This document shows, piece after piece, positions 60,113 through 64,000 of a stretch of 64,000 bases of DNA. This DNA comes from Longimicrobiales bacterium (GTDB lineage Bacteria; Gemmatimonadota; Gemmatimonadetes; Longimicrobiales; Gaopeijiaceae). The stretch covers positions 288,001 to 352,000 of the forward strand of contig CAXXKM010000001.1 in NCBI GenBank assembly GCA_963664435.2. The letters run 5' to 3'. Made by a program: the position numbers and the translations under genes. The notes under the pieces were generated by a model. The model made no database searches and had not been told where the DNA came from. It saw only the letters and a program-made list of their open reading frames with translations. The first letter of the stretch is position 1. Each line of letters opens with the position of its first letter.

Positions 60113-61882
60113 TCAGCCTCCGAAGAACTCCTTGAACTTGTTCTTGTAGTCGTCGCTCTGCTGCACCCACATCTCGGTGATCGACGTGATGCCGTCCGGC
60201 TCAAGCACGACCAGATAGTGGGTGAACGACGCGAAATCGCCGACCTGCCCCGCCTCCAGCCGGTCCGCCCCGTTTCCGCGGGCATCCAGCGTGATCGTGT
60301 TGCCCCGGGACGAAGTGCCGACGCCCGTAGCCGAGACAGCGGCAAGATAGCTCTGGTAGTGCATGCCCGGAGGTGGCGCCGGCAGCCTGTTGAGTTCCAC
60401 CAGCAGCGAACCTTCGTAGAAGGACCCCGAACCCGAGCCACCACCGAAGAAGGGCTCTATTTCCCCGCCCGAACCCAGGTGGCCGAAGGTCATGGCCCCC
60501 TGCTGCATGAGGTTGTCGGACGTCAGGTATTCCTGGAAGAGGAACGGCCCCCCGGTCGGAGCGCTCGCCTGCCCCGATTCCGCACTCACGGCAACATGCG
60601 TGAACCCGGCGAAGTCCTGGTCCATCGACACTTCCAGCTTCGCGTGGTACACATCCTCCGAGGATGATGGCGAGAAGATCGAACCCATCATCATCATGTC
60701 CATGTCCATCGCAGGATAGATCGTGGCGTCAGCGGCGGAGTAGGATCCCGACCCGGCGTCGTACAGCCAGAGCTGGTACGAACCACCGGAGAGGGGCGAC
60801 AAGCCGCTCAGCGTGACGTCGATCTGGCCGGGTGCGGCGAAAGAGTTGGCACCCCCGGAAAGCTCCGGTGCGTTCGGGACCACATCAGCCGGGAAGGGCG
60901 CCATCGCGTTGTTGATGACGTTTCCGTCGGCATCGATGTCCGGACCCAGCTGCATGCGGACGGTCGGGGGACCTGCGGGCAGGGCGTCCTCGCCAGGCGG
61001 CCCCTCGTAGAGGAGCAGATAGTTGTACTGCCCGGGCGCGACGGTGGCGCCCACCTCGTTCGAGCCGAACGGAGTGTTGGCCGCGGTGAACTCGGCGGCC
61101 GTAGTGGCCTCCGCACCTGCCGCCGGTACCGGCCAGAGGTCCCCGGGAGTGGCCCTGACGATGCAGTCGACGGTTCCGTTGCCGTCGGCGTCGGTCTCGA
61201 TGATCCCGAGCGCTACCGGATTGACCGGCGCGCCTACGCCGGTGATCGAGCTGTAGTTGCACGTGACGCCCGAATAGACGAGTTCCCGCCCGGGGAGGAA
61301 GGACAATTCGTCGGGAGCGTCCACCGGAACTCCCGTCAGAATCTGGTTGTGGTCCAGTTCACCGTTGACCTGAAGCGCCATGCGCGCCAGGACGACCGTA
61401 TAGACGGTGGAAGGCTCAAGACCCGTGACCACGCCCCACATGTCCCAATCGCCCGGCGCAAAGGCCGGGTTGGTGGAAATCGAAATGAGTTCATACATGC
61501 CGAAGTGACTGCCGACCTCGGCCGAACTCTCCCTCAGGGCGGGGAGCCGCGGATCCTGTGAGGAGTTGCGAACCGAAGGACCCATGTCCACGGCGGGGGC
61601 TGTGAACTGACCATTGTTCACGTCGCGGAACAGCCCTCCCGCCCCCGTCCCCCGGTCAAACCCGTCCGGAACCGAGAAATCGAACCCGGACACGACCGCC
61701 TTCGAGAGCTCTACCGAGCCGGAGGGGTACACCGCATCCCCCGGCGCGATCGCCATCTTGAGAATGGGCCGGTCCGCGGTAAGGTCGGTGATGTTGTCGG
61801 TTTCGCAGGCGGCGAGGAGAAGCGCGCCGCAGAGGGCGACACCCACCGCGTGCAGCCGAATTCGCTTGCGTACTGGAATCAT
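60113..61882 (-). CDS. Hypothetical lipoprotein with repeated beta-sandwich-like modules and a Met-rich patch
   Basis: LLAAC lipobox; LSGLSPLSGGSYQLWL and LNRLPAPPPGMHYQSYL; MDMDMMMM; AGGAGG RBS. Confidence 0.8.
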   Translation of the reverse strand: MIPVRKRIRLHAVGVALCGALLLAACETDNITDLTADRPILKMAIAPGDAVYPSGSVELSKAVVSGFDFSVPDGFDRGTGAGGLFRDVNNGQFTAPAVDMGPSVRNSSQDPRLPALRESSAEVGSHFGMYELISISTNPAFAPGDWDMWGVVTGLEPSTVYTVVLARMALQVNGELDHNQILTGVPVDAPDELSFLPGRELVYSGVTCNYSSITGVGAPVNPVALGIIETDADGNGTVDCIVRATPGDLWPVPAAGAEATTAAEFTAANTPFGSNEVGATVAPGQYNYLLLYEGPPGEDALPAGPPTVRMQLGPDIDADGNVINNAMAPFPADVVPNAPELSGGANSFAAPGQIDVTLSGLSPLSGGSYQLWLYDAGSGSYSAADATIYPAMDMDMMMMGSIFSPSSSEDVYHAKLEVSMDQDFAGFTHVAVSAESGQASAPTGGPFLFQEYLTSDNLMQQGAMTFGHLGSGGEIEPFFGGGSGSGSFYEGSLLVELNRLPAPPPGMHYQSYLAAVSATGVGTSSRGNTITLDARGNGADRLEAGQVGDFASFTHYLVVLEPDGITSITEMWVQQSDDYKNKFKEFFGG

Positions 61883-61902
61883 TCTGGATCGCCTCCTGCC
61901 CG

Positions 61903-62610
61903 CTAGCGGTTGAGTCCGGGGACGTATGTCAACCCGATCGACAGGCGGATGTTGTGGATCATGTCCTGCTTGTCCGGGATGTCGGTTCGCTCGGCATCGG
62001 GGAACCGACAGGTCCCGTCGCTGCCGCAGTTACGCAGTCTTTCGTCCACCGGGTTCAGGACGTCGCGGTCGAAGTCCCTGTAGATGACGTCACGCACGTC
62101 GACCTGGATACCGGCGGCTTCGGTGACGGCGTAGCGCACGCCCGCGCCTCCCTGGACCATCTGATGGGTCACGCGCCGGAAGTCGTCGTTCGCCTGCGTA
62201 TCCAGGTACAGCGTGGCTCCACCCGCGCCGACGACGACATATGGGTCCAGGGAGCTTCCGGGCATGACGCTGATGTGCGCGTTGAAGCCGTAGTGGAGCG
62301 CGCTCAGCGTCTGGCCGACCTCGTAGATGCGCGTGCTGTCGGCGCCGAAGTCGATGGCGGCCACATAGAAGCTTCCGTCGGTATCGGCGCGGTGAAACTG
62401 GATCGCAGGCCCCAGCGCGATGCGCGGCGTGAGCTGATACAACGCCTCCAGGGCAAGCATGGGGCTGTTCATGAGGGAACTCGACGGGGCGTACATCTGA
62501 GTTCCCGCGGACACTTCTACGCTCCAGGCACCCTGCTCGGACTGGGCATGCACGGCCGAGGGCAGCGCCATCACCAGCCCGGCCAGCGCCAACCGGTTCA
62601 GTACTCTCAT
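61903..62610 (-). CDS. Outer-membrane beta-barrel protein
   Basis: Signal peptide (..SAVHA/Q); DPYVVVGAGG, GAGVRY, QVDVRD, NIRLSIGLTY; GGAGG RBS. Confidence 0.8.
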   Translation of the reverse strand: MRVLNRLALAGLVMALPSAVHAQSEQGAWSVEVSAGTQMYAPSSSLMNSPMLALEALYQLTPRIALGPAIQFHRADTDGSFYVAAIDFGADSTRIYEVGQTLSALHYGFNAHISVMPGSSLDPYVVVGAGGATLYLDTQANDDFRRVTHQMVQGGAGVRYAVTEAAGIQVDVRDVIYRDFDRDVLNPVDERLRNCGSDGTCRFPDAERTDIPDKQDMIHNIRLSIGLTYVPGLNR

Positions 62611-62678
62611 CAGTCTATTTCCTCCCGTTTTTCCACGGGGTCGCGCGGCCAGGTCTCCCTTTCCGACACCGAGCCGCA

Positions 62679-63794
62679 TCAGAACTGCAGCTGGAAGCTG
62701 AAGACCTGGATGTTCTCCAGCTGCTCCATCGACGTGTAGGCGTAGTCCACGCTCAGCGTGCCCAGCTCCCCGACCGGCAGCCGCAGGCCTCCACCCGCGG
62801 CGGCCGCGTGCATGAGGCCGTGGTCGATCTGGTCTTCGTTCGCGAAGCGCTTGCCGGCGCGCACGAAGGCCAGTCCCCTGAAGCCGTACTCGAGTCCGAG
62901 TGCGGTTTGCTGGGGCGCGTCGACGGGGTCGTTGATGTCGGCCATCAGGCGGAGCGACTGGTCCGCATCCGGAGAAACGATCGCATCCGCGCCCCCGATC
63001 AGGTCCAGCATCACGCTGAAACGGAACGACGTCGGGAGTTCGAGATGGTCGGTCGCCGCGGACAATTCCATGACCCTGATGAAATCCTCGATCTGGTTCT
63101 CTGAGAACGACGTGTTCACCCGGCTGTTAAGCAGGTTTCCCTCGAATCGACCCGAAGTCCCGAGGTTGGTGAGCGACGCTCCGAGGGTGACGCCGTAGAG
63201 CCCGGTGCGGAACACCGTGCTCATGTCGACGCCGACGTAGCTCGCGGTCGCGTTGGTGATTCCTTCCTCGACGACCTTGCCCGCCAGACCCACCGTCAGG
63301 CGGTCGGTGATGGGCTGCGCGAAGTGCAGTCCGATGGCGGTTCCCGTCCAGCTGAAGGACGCGGCGGTCGGATCCTGCTCGCCTCCGTAGCCGGCGTTGG
63401 GCCAGTACTCGCTCTGCCAGGGCATCTCCCCGGAGTCGAGGGTGTTTACGCTGATGCCGATGCGGGTGAATCCGAACGGCATCACCACGCCCACGAAGGT
63501 GTGCTGGATGTCGAGTTCTTCGAACAGCCGTGCCGTTGTCATCCCTGCGGAAAAGCCGTCGAGGCGCGACATGGCCGCGGTGTTCCAGTAGAGCGAAGTG
63601 ACGTCGTCGGCCGCCGCTCCGAAGGCGCCTCCCAGCGCCTGGCCTCGCGCGCCGACGCCCAGCGCGAGAAAGGCGGCGCCCCGGGTTCCAACCCGGGTCA
63701 CGATCTGTTCCGGCGTCGAGGTCAGCGTTTCCTGAGCCTCGAGCATCTCCGCCGTCGCCACGAGCGTGAGCGCTAGCAGCAGTGCACGGTTCAT
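62679..63794 (-). CDS. PorV/PorQ family beta-barrel (FadL-like)
   Basis: GTRGAAFLALGVGARGQALG, DVTSLYWN, GLEY, VDYAY; C-terminal Phe. Confidence 0.88.
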   Translation of the reverse strand: MNRALLLALTLVATAEMLEAQETLTSTPEQIVTRVGTRGAAFLALGVGARGQALGGAFGAAADDVTSLYWNTAAMSRLDGFSAGMTTARLFEELDIQHTFVGVVMPFGFTRIGISVNTLDSGEMPWQSEYWPNAGYGGEQDPTAASFSWTGTAIGLHFAQPITDRLTVGLAGKVVEEGITNATASYVGVDMSTVFRTGLYGVTLGASLTNLGTSGRFEGNLLNSRVNTSFSENQIEDFIRVMELSAATDHLELPTSFRFSVMLDLIGGADAIVSPDADQSLRLMADINDPVDAPQQTALGLEYGFRGLAFVRAGKRFANEDQIDHGLMHAAAAGGGLRLPVGELGTLSVDYAYTSMEQLENIQVFSFQLQF

Positions 63795-63819
63795 TGATCT
63801 ATCTCCTTGGCCTTTAGGC

Positions 63820-63999
63820 TCAGCGAATGACGACGAACTTGCCCATCTTCTTCTGGCCGCCGGATTCGAGAACGAAGATGTACAGTCCCGCTCCCAGGTT
63901 CGTGCGCTCGCGGGTCTGCATGTCCCAGTTCAGGTCTCCCCCGCAATCTCCGGCACCGCAGTAGGCGGTGATCCCCTGGAGATCCTCGGGGCCATAGAC
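63820..63999 (-). CDS. C-terminus of a secreted protein with a T9SS type-A-like/FlgD-Ig sorting domain (5'-truncated)
   Basis: Not in the ORF track. Own translation: ..GDLNWDMQTRERTNLGAGLYIFVLESGGQKKMGKFVVIR*. Confidence 0.8.
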   Translation of the reverse strand, partial: VYGPEDLQGITAYCGAGDCGGDLNWDMQTRERTNLGAGLYIFVLESGGQKKMGKFVVIR

Positions 64000-64000
64000 G

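Overview
High-GC bacterial chromosome segment with about 49 CDS and no rRNA, tRNA, CRISPR array, integrase or transposase that I can support. The gene content (DUF1592/DUF1552/ankyrin clusters, PorV plus a T9SS-like C-terminal domain) suggests Gemmatimonadota of the FCB superphylum; this is inference. Housekeeping genes include mfd, two SurA/PpiC-type PPIases, pdxA, holB, moaC, guaB, acs, a Fur-family regulator, moeA, etfAB, mpg and aroB. Most notable: (i) an exported DUF1592 (2x CxxCH)-DUF1552 (Tat)-ankyrin operon, with a second paralogous ankyrin at the left edge; (ii) an NYN-LOTUS-LOTUS-HhH protein with a histone-H1-like tail; (iii) a PorV plus CTD-cargo cassette at the right edge; (iv) an accessory patch at 31.2-35.8 kb holding a mosaic of three gene fragments, a triplicated start region that forms chained uORFs, tandem NrdR-like boxes with no nrd gene, and a VapBC-like toxin-antitoxin pair; (v) a DUF4384-like protein with a CxxCH motif behind a sigma54-type promoter. 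Two single-base deletions (in pdxA and at the NYN/mpg junction) may be sequencing errors. All family assignments come from motif recognition by eye, not database searches.
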